DNA of 64,000 nt from a virus. Below the pieces are notes generated by a model. That model did not search any database, was not told the origin of the DNA, and was given only the letters and a program-made list of their open reading frames with translations. The stretch covers positions 32,001 through 96,000 of IMG/VR virus record IMGVR_UViG_3300030104_004245; one strand, written 5' to 3'. The translations under genes were made by a program, and so were the position numbers. Within the stretch, counting starts at the first letter, position 1, and each line of letters starts with the position of its first letter. Positions 29,381 to 37,921 of this stretch are shown here, in pieces.

Positions 29381-29417
29381 AAGGGAGCTGGTTTGTGTGA
29401 CAGCTCCCTTTTTTTTT
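29381..29417 (+). terminator. Intrinsic terminator just upstream of the DNA polymerase gene
   Basis: AAGGGAGCTG...CAGCTCCCTT plus T-tract. Confidence 0.7.
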
Positions 29418-29429
29418 AAATTAAATTAT

Positions 29430-31334
29430 ATGAATCACTGGGTAATGGATTATGAAACATTATCTAATTGTTTTGTGGGCGTATTTACACATTACAAAAC
29501 TGAAGAGACTAAGATCTTTTCAATATGTAAACTGCAGAATGATTTTGATAAGTTCATAGAATTCTTAAAAGAAAACATACGGAATAAAGAGTGGCATATA
29601 TCCTACAACGGATTGGCATTTGATGCACAGATCACTCATTATATAATAAAAGAATATGGGAATTTAAAACTCATGGATGGAGAAGAAATTGCTCAAGAGA
29701 TTTATGGTTGTGCACAAAAATGCATAGAAAAAAGTAATGCTCATGAATTTCAAGAGTTTCCTGAGTGGCATATGTCTATCAAACAAATAGATGTATTTAA
29801 ATTAAACCATTGGGATAACATGGCTAAGAGATCTAGTCTTAAATGGATAGAATATACTATGGACTGGGATAATATTTTAGATATGCCTATACATCATGAA
29901 ACATTAATAGAAACTCAAGGTCAATTAGACCTTGTTATTGAATACTGTATTAATGATGTAGAAGCAACTAAAGAGATCTTTAATAGATGTAAACCTTTAA
30001 TAGCATTAAGAAAGAACTTAACTGAAAAATATAATATTAACTTGTTTAGTGCATCTGAACCAAGAATAAGTAAAGAGATCTTTGCTTACTATCTTAGTAA
30101 AGAGCTAGACATGCCAAAATATGAAGTTAAAAAATTAAGAACTTTTAGAAATGTAATTAAAGTAAATGATCTTATACTAGACTATATTAAATTTGAGACA
30201 CCTGAATTTAAAACTTTATTAGAAAAGTTTAGGACAGTAGAAGTAAATCCTAATTACACTAAAGGAGGGTTTAAATCTTCTGTAAAATATAAAGGTGTAA
30301 AAACTGATTTCGGATTAGGTGGTGCCCATGGTGCTACTAAAGCTGGAGTGTATGAGTCTGATAATGAGAAAGTTATAATGTCTTCAGATGTTACTAGCTT
30401 TTATCCTAATTTAGCTATTGTTAATCAATATGCACCGGCTCATATACCTAAAGAAAAGTTTTGTGAATTATATAAATGGTTCTTTGATGAAAGAAAGAAA
30501 ATACCAAAGAGTGATCCAATGAACTATGTATATAAAATTATCTTAAACTCAACTTACGGGTTAAGTAATGATAAGAACTCTTTTCTATATGATCCACAGT
30601 TTACTATGTTTATTACAGTTAATGGTCAACTTACATTAATGATGTTGTATGAGATGATTATGACCAGAATACCAGATGCTGTTGCTTTAATGCAAAATAC
30701 TGATGGTGTTGAAACCATCATACCAAAAGAATATGTTAATACATATATGGAGGTATGTAAAGAATGGGAACAAATAACCGGTCTTAATCTTGAACATGAT
30801 CAATATAGTAAACTAGTATTAGCTGATGTCAATAATTATATAGCTGTTGACACTAATGGTAAAGCTAAATGTAAAGGTAGATTTGAATATGACGGGTTAG
30901 CTCTTCATAAAAACAAGTCTAAACTGATCATTCCAAAAGCATTGTATGCGTACTTTGTTGATGGAACTTTACCAGAATATACATTAAAACATAATAGAAA
31001 TATTCTTGATTATTGTATAGGAGCTAAATCTAAAGGTGCATGGAGGCAACATGCTATATATGTTAAAGATAAAATTGCACAAAAAGATGAACTTCAAAAA
31101 ATTAATAGATATTATATTTCAAATAAAGGTTGTAAAATTGTTAAGATAAATAAGAATGATCAAAGAGAAATACAGTTAGAATCTGGGCAATGGGTTCAAA
31201 CTGTAATGAATAAGATAGAAGATAAAAAATGGTCAGACTATGACATTAACGAGAAATATTATCTTAATGCAATTGAGAAAGAAATAAATAACATAATTGG
31301 TGTAAAAAACAACCAATTGTTATTGTTTCAATAA
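29430..31334 (+). CDS. polB: Family B DNA polymerase
   Basis: Exo motifs DYET, YNG..FD, YCINDV; pol motifs DVTSFYP, KIILNSTYG, NTDG; ATG 29430 preferred. Confidence 0.92.
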   Translation: MNHWVMDYETLSNCFVGVFTHYKTEETKIFSICKLQNDFDKFIEFLKENIRNKEWHISYNGLAFDAQITHYIIKEYGNLKLMDGEEIAQEIYGCAQKCIEKSNAHEFQEFPEWHMSIKQIDVFKLNHWDNMAKRSSLKWIEYTMDWDNILDMPIHHETLIETQGQLDLVIEYCINDVEATKEIFNRCKPLIALRKNLTEKYNINLFSASEPRISKEIFAYYLSKELDMPKYEVKKLRTFRNVIKVNDLILDYIKFETPEFKTLLEKFRTVEVNPNYTKGGFKSSVKYKGVKTDFGLGGAHGATKAGVYESDNEKVIMSSDVTSFYPNLAIVNQYAPAHIPKEKFCELYKWFFDERKKIPKSDPMNYVYKIILNSTYGLSNDKNSFLYDPQFTMFITVNGQLTLMMLYEMIMTRIPDAVALMQNTDGVETIIPKEYVNTYMEVCKEWEQITGLNLEHDQYSKLVLADVNNYIAVDTNGKAKCKGRFEYDGLALHKNKSKLIIPKALYAYFVDGTLPEYTLKHNRNILDYCIGAKSKGAWRQHAIYVKDKIAQKDELQKINRYYISNKGCKIVKINKNDQREIQLESGQWVQTVMNKIEDKKWSDYDINEKYYLNAIEKEINNIIGVKNNQLLLFQ

Positions 31335-31344
31335 GTTTTATTAT

Positions 31345-31352
31345 TATATTTG
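31345..31352 (+). promoter_or_regulatory. Bacteroidota-type -7 element
   Basis: Intergenic TATATTTG, followed by a GC-rich leader hairpin at about 31362-31403. Confidence 0.55.
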
Positions 31353-31422
31353 TAATTAAGTCCAAGGGGGTCAAGGTTCCATTCGTGCATGGCCCCCCTC
31401 TGGCAATTTAAACCAATAAATT

Positions 31423-32310
31423 ATGGGATACACAAGACCAACAACTACTACAAGAGATATGTTAGTGGCAGCACCACTACCTAATCATGGAAAAACTTAC
31501 ACAGTTATTCCTCATAAAGATGTCATAGATGTTACTAAAACTCTATTAGGCAATAGCGGATTTACAATTACAAAAGAACTTTACAGAGCAAATATGAATG
31601 CTAAAGTAGCACAAGGAGTATATCACCTTGCTTCAGATCAAGATCCAGAAATGGGCATGATGTTTGCTTGGACCAACTCTTATGATAAAAGTACACGTTT
31701 TCAGTGTGCTGTAGGAGCTTTTGTAAATGTATGCAGCAATGGTATGTTATGTGGAGACATGGCAAATTACGCTAGAAAACATACAGGTAAAGCAGATCAT
31801 GATATTCATGCTCAAATAAGTTCACAAATTAAATCAGCTAATAAGTACTATACCAAGTTAATTGATGATAAGAATAATATGAGAAAAATATTCTTACCTA
31901 AGAAAAGTCAAGCTGAATTAGTGGGCAGATTATTTTTAGATGAAGAAATCATTGATGCATCACAGGTTTCTATTATTAAAGCAGAAATGAAAGATCCATC
32001 ATATCATTATTCAGCAGATCTTAATAATGCATGGACATTTTATAATCATGTTACACATTCTTTTAAAAAGTCTCACCCAAGAACATGGATGAGTGATCAA
32101 GTTAAGTTTCATGAATTTATGACTGCAGAATTATTAAGTCAATCCGGTTTACATCAAGCAGATAAAAATTGGATAGATGAAAATGGTAACGGACATATAC
32201 CTGGACCACAATCTGCAGGTGTATGGAGTCAAGCTATTATGACAGGAGGAGATTTTGATGCTGATATGGAAGCTCAAGATTATGATACATTTGAAGAGTT
32301 TAAAATATGA
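31423..32310 (+). CDS. DUF932-like protein
   Basis: NSYDKS...VCSNGM...RKHTG...AWTFYN.VT. Confidence 0.8.
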   Translation: MGYTRPTTTTRDMLVAAPLPNHGKTYTVIPHKDVIDVTKTLLGNSGFTITKELYRANMNAKVAQGVYHLASDQDPEMGMMFAWTNSYDKSTRFQCAVGAFVNVCSNGMLCGDMANYARKHTGKADHDIHAQISSQIKSANKYYTKLIDDKNNMRKIFLPKKSQAELVGRLFLDEEIIDASQVSIIKAEMKDPSYHYSADLNNAWTFYNHVTHSFKKSHPRTWMSDQVKFHEFMTAELLSQSGLHQADKNWIDENGNGHIPGPQSAGVWSQAIMTGGDFDADMEAQDYDTFEEFKI

Positions 32311-33167
32311 TAACTAAAGATATAAGAAAAAGTCTGAAGATTAGACCCTCTGGTAGGTCTTCAGACTTTATATCTCCTAGCTTTGGATGGGGCTGTCTAT
32401 ATGACTGTTCCTATTGTTATATGAAAAGGCACAAACCTGAAGGTTTATCTATAGCCACAAACACAAATCAAATTTTAACAGAAATAAATACTCATGCAGT
32501 ATTTGCTAAACACGAAATAAAAAAACCAAATCAAACACATCCAAAATATTTAACATATGATATAAGTTGTAATGAAGACTTTGCTCTTCATGCTAAACAT
32601 CATGAGTGGGAAAAAATATTTGATTTCTTCAAACATCATGATGATATACTAGGAACATTTGCAACTAAATATGTTAATAACAACTTACTCAAATATAATC
32701 CAAAAGAAAAAATAAGAATAAGGTTTAGTATGATGCCTGAAAACAAGCGTCAAATACATGAGCCAAACACATCAACAATATTAGAAAGAATACAAGCAAT
32801 AGATAAATTTAAAGAAGCTGGTTATGATGTTCATCTTAATTTTAGTCCTATCATAGTATATGAAGGATGGTTAGATGATTATGAAGAACTATTTTCTTTA
32901 ATTAATAATAATGTAAGAAATGAAGAAGGAGTTTTTGCTGAGTGTATATTTTTAACACATAATGTAAATAGACATTTTAAAAATCAACATGAAAGACCTG
33001 AAGTTGAAGAAGATTTATGGATTCCTCAATTTCAAGAAAGTAAAATGTCACAATATGGAGGTAAAAATATTAGATATAAATATAAGATTAAAAATCAACT
33101 CATAGAAGCTTTTATAAAAGAACATGATAATGTAATTCCATGGAATAGAATTAGATATATATTTTAA
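32307..33167 (+). CDS. splB: Spore photoproduct lyase-family radical SAM protein
   Basis: CLYDCSYC, ATK, RIRFS, EP.TS...RI.A, NFSPII. Confidence 0.8.
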   Translation: MITKDIRKSLKIRPSGRSSDFISPSFGWGCLYDCSYCYMKRHKPEGLSIATNTNQILTEINTHAVFAKHEIKKPNQTHPKYLTYDISCNEDFALHAKHHEWEKIFDFFKHHDDILGTFATKYVNNNLLKYNPKEKIRIRFSMMPENKRQIHEPNTSTILERIQAIDKFKEAGYDVHLNFSPIIVYEGWLDDYEELFSLINNNVRNEEGVFAECIFLTHNVNRHFKNQHERPEVEEDLWIPQFQESKMSQYGGKNIRYKYKIKNQLIEAFIKEHDNVIPWNRIRYIF

Positions 33168-33170
33168 ATT

Positions 33171-33350
33171 ATGAAAAAATTTATAAAATTTTTATTAACT
33201 TGCATTAAGATTACAAGTGGTACAATATTACTTTTGATCGTTATATTATTTTGGGCAACAGCCCTTGTGTTAACCACATTAACTGAACTTATTACATGGG
33301 TTGAGTTAAAATTAACAAAATTAATGAAGAAATGTTATGGCGAATTATGA
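33171..33350 (+). CDS. 59 aa membrane protein (not in ORF track)
   Basis: [34 protein letters not shown]... Confidence 0.55.
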   Translation: MKKFIKFLLTCIKITSGTILLLIVILFWATALVLTTLTELITWVELKLTKLMKKCYGEL

Positions 33351-33798
33351 ACTTTGGACTTTATTTAGACCAAAAATAAAAATAATTAATAAATCTAAAA
33401 ATCCTAACCCTAGTTATGAAACATCTGATTCAGCAGGTATGGATATTAGATCTAATGTAAACATTACTATTAAACCTGGATCTTGTGAAATTATATCTAC
33501 TGGACTGTTTATACAACTTCCTAGTGGTTATGAAGCACAAATTAGATCTCGCAGTGGTTTAGCTGCTAAAAATCAAGTAATTGTTCTTAATGCTCCTGGC
33601 ACTATTGATGCTGATTATAGAGGAGAAGTTAAGATTATATTAGCTAATTTTTCTGCAAAAGATTTTGATGTAAAAAAAGGAGATAGAATAGCTCAAATGG
33701 TAATTGCTGAATATGAGCAAGCACATTTTGAGAATGTTGATTTTCTTGACACTACTGATAGAGGAGCAGGCGGATTTGGAAGCACAGGTATTAAATAA
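33337..33798 (+). CDS. dut: Trimeric dUTPase
   Basis: [38 protein letters not shown]. Confidence 0.95.
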   Translation: MANYELWTLFRPKIKIINKSKNPNPSYETSDSAGMDIRSNVNITIKPGSCEIISTGLFIQLPSGYEAQIRSRSGLAAKNQVIVLNAPGTIDADYRGEVKIILANFSAKDFDVKKGDRIAQMVIAEYEQAHFENVDFLDTTDRGAGGFGSTGIK

Positions 33799-33882
33799 GC
33801 TATAGGGATCTTCCCTTTTGGTTTGTTTTCCGTTTTCCATTAGGGCCCTATAGTATTTATTAACGGAAAAAAATTATTAAAA

Positions 33883-33999
33883 ATGAAAAAAAACATTGAA
33901 ATAGTTGACAATACTATTGATCCAACAAAAACTACTAACGTAGATAACTTTATTGTAGAAGATGAAATGGAAACTTTAGATAAAGTCAATGACAATTAA
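33883..33999 (+). CDS. 38 aa acidic peptide (not in ORF track)
   Basis: MKKNIEIVDNTIDPTKTTNVDNFIVEDEMETLDKVNDN; overlaps next start. Confidence 0.45.
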   Translation: MKKNIEIVDNTIDPTKTTNVDNFIVEDEMETLDKVNDN

Positions 34000-34306
34000 G
34001 GAGTTTAAAAAACTTCTTGAAAATACATTTGAGAAGAGTAGAAAAACTTATGACTACAAAATGAACGAATATGCTACTGACCTAGATGTATTCCAATCAT
34101 TTAAAAAAGGAGTGGGTTTTTCTTTTCAAAATACACCAGAAGGTGTAGCATGGGAGTATGCTTGTAAACATTTTGAGTCAATCAAAAATATTATTAGCAA
34201 ATGTCCAGGTGAAGTCCCAACAGATGAACTCTTAGATGAGAAAATAGGAGATGCCATAAATTATCTTATAATCATTAAAGGACTCATCAAAGAGAGAGGT
34301 GATTAA
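33989..34306 (+). CDS. DUF1599/Nmad1-like all-alpha nucleotide-associated protein
   Basis: K..EYA...F...KH...EKIGDAINYL. Confidence 0.65.
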   Translation: MTIKEFKKLLENTFEKSRKTYDYKMNEYATDLDVFQSFKKGVGFSFQNTPEGVAWEYACKHFESIKNIISKCPGEVPTDELLDEKIGDAINYLIIIKGLIKERGD

Positions 34307-34326
34307 AACCAATACCTCCATATATG

Positions 34327-34355
34327 AAGAGAGGGACGTATGTCCCTCTTTTTTT
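34327..34355 (+). terminator. Intrinsic terminator
   Basis: AGAGGGAC-gtat-GTCCCTCT plus T-tract. Confidence 0.7.
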
Positions 34356-34357
34356 AT

Positions 34358-34431
34358 GCACCCATAGCTCAACTGGATAGAGCAACAGCCTTCTAAGCTG
34401 TAGGTTGTAGGTTCAAGTCCTACTGGGTGTA
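34358..34431 (+). tRNA. trnR: tRNA-Arg(TCT)
   Basis: Acceptor GCACCCA/TGGGTGT, D-arm, anticodon arm ACAGC-CTTCTAA-GCTGT, T-arm GTAGG-TTCAAGT-CCTAC; CCA not encoded. Confidence 0.95.
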
Positions 34432-34560
34432 CTATCTACCTTGTCCTCTGTATGGTTTTTTATAACCATTTTGAGATTTACTAGCATTTTTGCTATGTAC
34501 ACCTTTTCTTTTCTTAGTAGCGTTAGATCCTCTAAATACAAATGTGTTTCTTACTGCCAT
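34432..34560 (-). CDS. 42 aa basic peptide ending YRGQGR (not in ORF track)
   Basis: MAVRNTFVFRGSNATKKRKGVHSKNASKSQNGYKKPYRGQGR; TAATG coupling; the YRGQG ending is recalled from aquatic phage peptides. Confidence 0.7.
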   Translation of the reverse strand: MAVRNTFVFRGSNATKKRKGVHSKNASKSQNGYKKPYRGQGR

Positions 34561-35195
34561 TATAATATTCCGTTAGGACCTCTACCTGTTGAACCGCCTT
34601 TTCTTTTTGAACCTGACTTTAATTTTTCAATTTGTGAATCATAGTCTTTCATTTCTCTATAACTAGCTATTTTAGGACTAGAAGTATTATATTTATTACC
34701 CATAGAAAAATCCTCATCAAATTCACTCATTTCTTCTTCTGACATGTTAAGAGGATCAATTGGAGTATCAGGATCATAACTAGGATTTACATCATATATT
34801 TCTTCCATAGAAAGACCTGGAACATTAACTTCATTACCTGGGGTTCTTTCATACATATTTGGATTACCAGGATAATTTGGTATGTCAGATAAAACATTAC
34901 GTACTGAATCAGACTTAGCTTGTAGATCTGCTATACGTGGATCAGGAAGATTTTTTAATTCATCACCATCTTGAGCATACATACCAGGAACTTCCTGACC
35001 TTTAGCATTTTTAAAGTTTTTATAATTGTATGTACCACCTTTACCATATTTTATTTCAGAACCTTTTTTTACATAACCCATTTTGTTACGTACTGCTCTA
35101 GGTAATTTTGGTAATCCTTTGTTTCCTTGTGGAATAGATTTAAGGCTTCCGCCTGTGTTATATTTTATTCCAGCTTTTTTCATATTTGCAGGCAT
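34560..35195 (-). CDS. Mosaic protein with multiple GG tags and GPNGIL tail
   Basis: ORF track; contains NKGL.KLP..VRNKMGY segment. Confidence 0.75.
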   Translation of the reverse strand: MPANMKKAGIKYNTGGSLKSIPQGNKGLPKLPRAVRNKMGYVKKGSEIKYGKGGTYNYKNFKNAKGQEVPGMYAQDGDELKNLPDPRIADLQAKSDSVRNVLSDIPNYPGNPNMYERTPGNEVNVPGLSMEEIYDVNPSYDPDTPIDPLNMSEEEMSEFDEDFSMGNKYNTSSPKIASYREMKDYDSQIEKLKSGSKRKGGSTGRGPNGIL

Positions 35196-35200
35196 AGTTA

Positions 35201-35593
35201 TTACTTTTTAAATTTTTCAACTGACCTACCACCAAAGTAGGCTCCAATTACTGTTATTAATACTAATTGTAGAAGATCAGTCCACTTTTCTTCTACTGTA
35301 AAGGTTAGTGCACCAGCATCAATAAAGATTAATAGCATAGTACACACAATTAAAAATATAAGAACCATTGGTCTTACATTTTTACTCAACCAAGAATCAG
35401 AATTCATATCTGCCGTCCAGCGGTCAGTAATCTGTTTCTCCATTTGAGCTTCATGATTTAAGATAAGTTCTTTGAGCTTCCTCTTAGCTTCTTTTCTTTC
35501 ATCATCTGTTGTTATTAAATCATCTAATACACCACCAACTGATTCAACCAAAGTGCTTCCGGCACCTGAAAAAATCTTCTTTAATATACTCAT
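35201..35593 (-). CDS. Holin (3TM/GTA holin-like family)
   Basis: DSWLSKNVRP, TM segments, AYFGGRS.EK. Confidence 0.75.
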   Translation of the reverse strand: MSILKKIFSGAGSTLVESVGGVLDDLITTDDERKEAKRKLKELILNHEAQMEKQITDRWTADMNSDSWLSKNVRPMVLIFLIVCTMLLIFIDAGALTFTVEEKWTDLLQLVLITVIGAYFGGRSVEKFKK

Positions 35594-36490
35594 TTACAAA
35601 ATACCATTTGGTCCAACACTACCTCCGTGTTTATATTTAGGTCCGCTATAAATATTTGGAGTTCTTACATTAGTCTTTTTCTTTGTCTCCTTAGGTTTAG
35701 AAATTTCTGTCTTAACATTTTTAGACATATTTTGAATTCCAGCTTCTATTTGTTCAATATCATCAAACTGTTTTGTATTATAAGACTTAGATGTTAAGCT
35801 TGTATCTACAGTATTAACTTTAGGTGTACTTGCATCTACTGAAGTACTAGTCTTATTTACGTTTACTTTTGGTGTAGGAGGATTTAATCTTGCAGCTTTT
35901 TCTTCTTTAAGTTCAGTGTTATATTGCTTACCTTTCCACTCAAAATAACCCTTTTCATCACCAATGTGAGATATACCCTTTTCAATATTCTTTTTTCTTG
36001 CTGCTTTAAAAGCATCTGAGAAAGAAGTTTCTTTCTTAACATTAGGTGTAACAACTTTTTCTGTTTCTTTCTTTGTTACTGAAGGCGGTTTAGTATTATT
36101 TTTTTGCGTATTATCCCCTTTAATCTGATCTTTTTGAACTATTTTTTGTGTATCAGTACCTTTGTTAATCATATCATTTCTTTTTTGATTAAGAATAGGG
36201 TTTGTAGATACTTTACCAGCCATTTGCTGATTACGTGCAAAAACACTTTGATCAAAGTTAGGATCACTAGTCTTAGCTTTAAACCTTTTTATGTATTTAC
36301 CTTTAGCTTTTCTTTTAATAAGATCACCAGCTCTGTTATACCTTTCTTTGGTAGTAATCTGATTTTTCTTATCTTTAACTTTAGTTTTACGCACTGTTCC
36401 TCGGTGGTCAGTAACTGTAACTTTCTTTACACCAGTAACAGGATCTTTTTCTTTTGTTCTTTTTCTGAATACTTTTCTAAATATGCTCAT
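35594..36490 (-). CDS. Basic low-complexity protein with GPNGIL tail
   Basis: SFSDAFKAARK...FEWKGKQYNT module. Confidence 0.75.
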   Translation of the reverse strand: MSIFRKVFRKRTKEKDPVTGVKKVTVTDHRGTVRKTKVKDKKNQITTKERYNRAGDLIKRKAKGKYIKRFKAKTSDPNFDQSVFARNQQMAGKVSTNPILNQKRNDMINKGTDTQKIVQKDQIKGDNTQKNNTKPPSVTKKETEKVVTPNVKKETSFSDAFKAARKKNIEKGISHIGDEKGYFEWKGKQYNTELKEEKAARLNPPTPKVNVNKTSTSVDASTPKVNTVDTSLTSKSYNTKQFDDIEQIEAGIQNMSKNVKTEISKPKETKKKTNVRTPNIYSGPKYKHGGSVGPNGIL

Positions 36491-36516
36491 GACAATTTAA
36501 TTTAATTTATTAGTAA

Positions 36517-36726
36517 CTATAATATACCGTTAGGCCCCACAGCTCCACCACACTGGAAGCCTCCGCCACATTGTTTTTTATTTTTAGCCATTTTTTTAAA
36601 GGTTTTGGCTAAATTATACCTTTTACTTCCTGGGGGACACGTTGGGCCACCAAATTTATCACCAGTACAAACACCTTCAGTGCCTCTTTTTTTTATACTA
36701 GCAGTAGCCTCTTGTATCCAACCCAT
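36517..36726 (-). CDS. Small basic Cys/Gly protein with GPNGIL tail
   Basis: ORF track; TAATG coupling. Confidence 0.7.
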   Translation of the reverse strand: MGWIQEATASIKKRGTEGVCTGDKFGGPTCPPGSKRYNLAKTFKKMAKNKKQCGGGFQCGGAVGPNGIL

Positions 36727-36977
36727 TATATTTCTATCTCCGAAAAGCCTAGCTTACTTAATAACCATAAAGCCGGTTCAGTTTTAAAGAATGCACATAT
36801 AAAGAAATATGCAAACCCGTACCAGCATGTATATATTAAGCTTAAAATAGCACATATCACATATAGTGCTCTTAAAGCAGTCCAAGCTCTCCAATTTTTA
36901 AAGTTTATCCATTCCAACTTTAATAAACCTTTTAAAGTTGTCCATCCGTTATTTATTAATTCTTTTATTTTTTTCAT
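36726..36977 (-). CDS. Small membrane protein
   Basis: Two hydrophobic segments. Confidence 0.6.
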   Translation of the reverse strand: MKKIKELINNGWTTLKGLLKLEWINFKNWRAWTALRALYVICAILSLIYTCWYGFAYFFICAFFKTEPALWLLSKLGFSEIEI

Positions 36978-36978
36978 A

Positions 36979-37116
36979 TTATTTTATTAGTTTATCAGCA
37001 AATGGTACATCTTCATTTTGATCCAACCTGTCATCATCACACACATTAGAGTGAGATCCATCACAAGATCCATCATTGTTAGATGTTTGACCGCATATGC
37101 AATCTTTATCAATCAT
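36979..37116 (-). CDS. 45 aa CDGSH-type iron-sulfur microprotein (not in ORF track)
   Basis: MIDKDCICGQTSNNDGSCDGSHSNVCDDDRLDQNEDVPFADKLIK; exactly fills the intergenic gap. Confidence 0.7.
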   Translation of the reverse strand: MIDKDCICGQTSNNDGSCDGSHSNVCDDDRLDQNEDVPFADKLIK

Positions 37117-37344
37117 TTACTTACTTTTAAAGAATCTATCAAAAGCACCTTCTTTAACTGTTTTTACAAAAAGTTCAAATTGATCTTTTGTAAATTCAGT
37201 ATATCCTTCATCTTCTCCTCCTACCACTACTTTATCAGATTCAGTTGAGATGTCAATTGCTGGACAGCTCTTACAGCTTGCACAAAAGGTCATCTGTGAT
37301 CTATGCGCAGTTACTTTTACATTTTTTAATCCTTCTAGTTCCAT
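37117..37344 (-). CDS. Small CxxCxxC protein, weak DUF397-like pattern
   Basis: FCASCKSCPAI...FTKDQFELFVKTVKEG. Confidence 0.6.
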   Translation of the reverse strand: MELEGLKNVKVTAHRSQMTFCASCKSCPAIDISTESDKVVVGGEDEGYTEFTKDQFELFVKTVKEGAFDRFFKSK

Positions 37345-37348
37345 TGGT

Positions 37349-37723
37349 TTATGCTTTCTTAAAGGTTACATATTCAACAACACATGCTGCAGTATTTGCT
37401 TGTACTTCAAGTCCATCACTAGGATTAACACAAAAGAAAGCAAACTCTCCAGGGTGTAATATTCCCCAAACATTTCCTGCATCATTTTTTAAATCAACAA
37501 AATTAGCAGCATCTGTATTCTTAATATATACATATGTAGCATCTGTCACAGCAGCAGCTACAATAACACTTGCAGATGAGTGAGATACAGAAACACTACT
37601 TCCTGTTACACCAGCATCATCAAATGATAATACATCACTAGGGTTAGCATCAATTTCAAATACTCCATTGACTCTAGCATCAGAGGTTATACTAAGACTT
37701 ACATTTAGTGCTTGTGTTGCCAT
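37349..37723 (-). CDS. Small beta-rich putative virion protein, paralog 1 of 3
   Basis: YVYIKNTD...LHPGEFAFF...VEY. Confidence 0.75.
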   Translation of the reverse strand: MATQALNVSLSITSDARVNGVFEIDANPSDVLSFDDAGVTGSSVSVSHSSASVIVAAAVTDATYVYIKNTDAANFVDLKNDAGNVWGILHPGEFAFFCVNPSDGLEVQANTAACVVEYVTFKKA

Positions 37724-37872
37724 TATATTTCAAATCCAAAATTTAATATCATGAACCTAAACTTTACGCCCGGGTTCCATTTTACTTGTATTAGGGTAAA
37801 ATACCCTACTCTATGCGTTATTTCAATAATATTTTTCTTATTGCCTTCACGCCAACTGTTTATCCAGTTCAT
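37723..37872 (-). CDS. 49 aa protein (not in ORF track)
   Basis: MNWINSWREGNKKNIIEITHRVGYFTLIQVKWNPGVKFRFMILNFGFEI; TAATG coupling; upstream promoter motif. Confidence 0.65.
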   Translation of the reverse strand: MNWINSWREGNKKNIIEITHRVGYFTLIQVKWNPGVKFRFMILNFGFEI

Positions 37873-37895
37873 AGTTTTACGTTATTGGTTATATT

Positions 37896-37912
37896 ATAAT
37901 ATACAAAAAAAA
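37896..37912 (-). promoter_or_regulatory. Putative phage promoter T8-G-TATATTAT
   Basis: Same 17-mer at 50807-50823; variants elsewhere. Confidence 0.5.
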
Positions 37913-37921
37913 TACTAGAAA

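Noticed and set aside
29430-31334. Introns or inteins in polB, dnaB or nrdJ
   Set aside because: ORFs are continuous and compact, with no intein or homing-endonuclease insertions visible
34358-34431. tRNA as a prophage attachment site
   Set aside because: Phage genes on both sides, no integrase and no duplicated tRNA 3' end seen in the window
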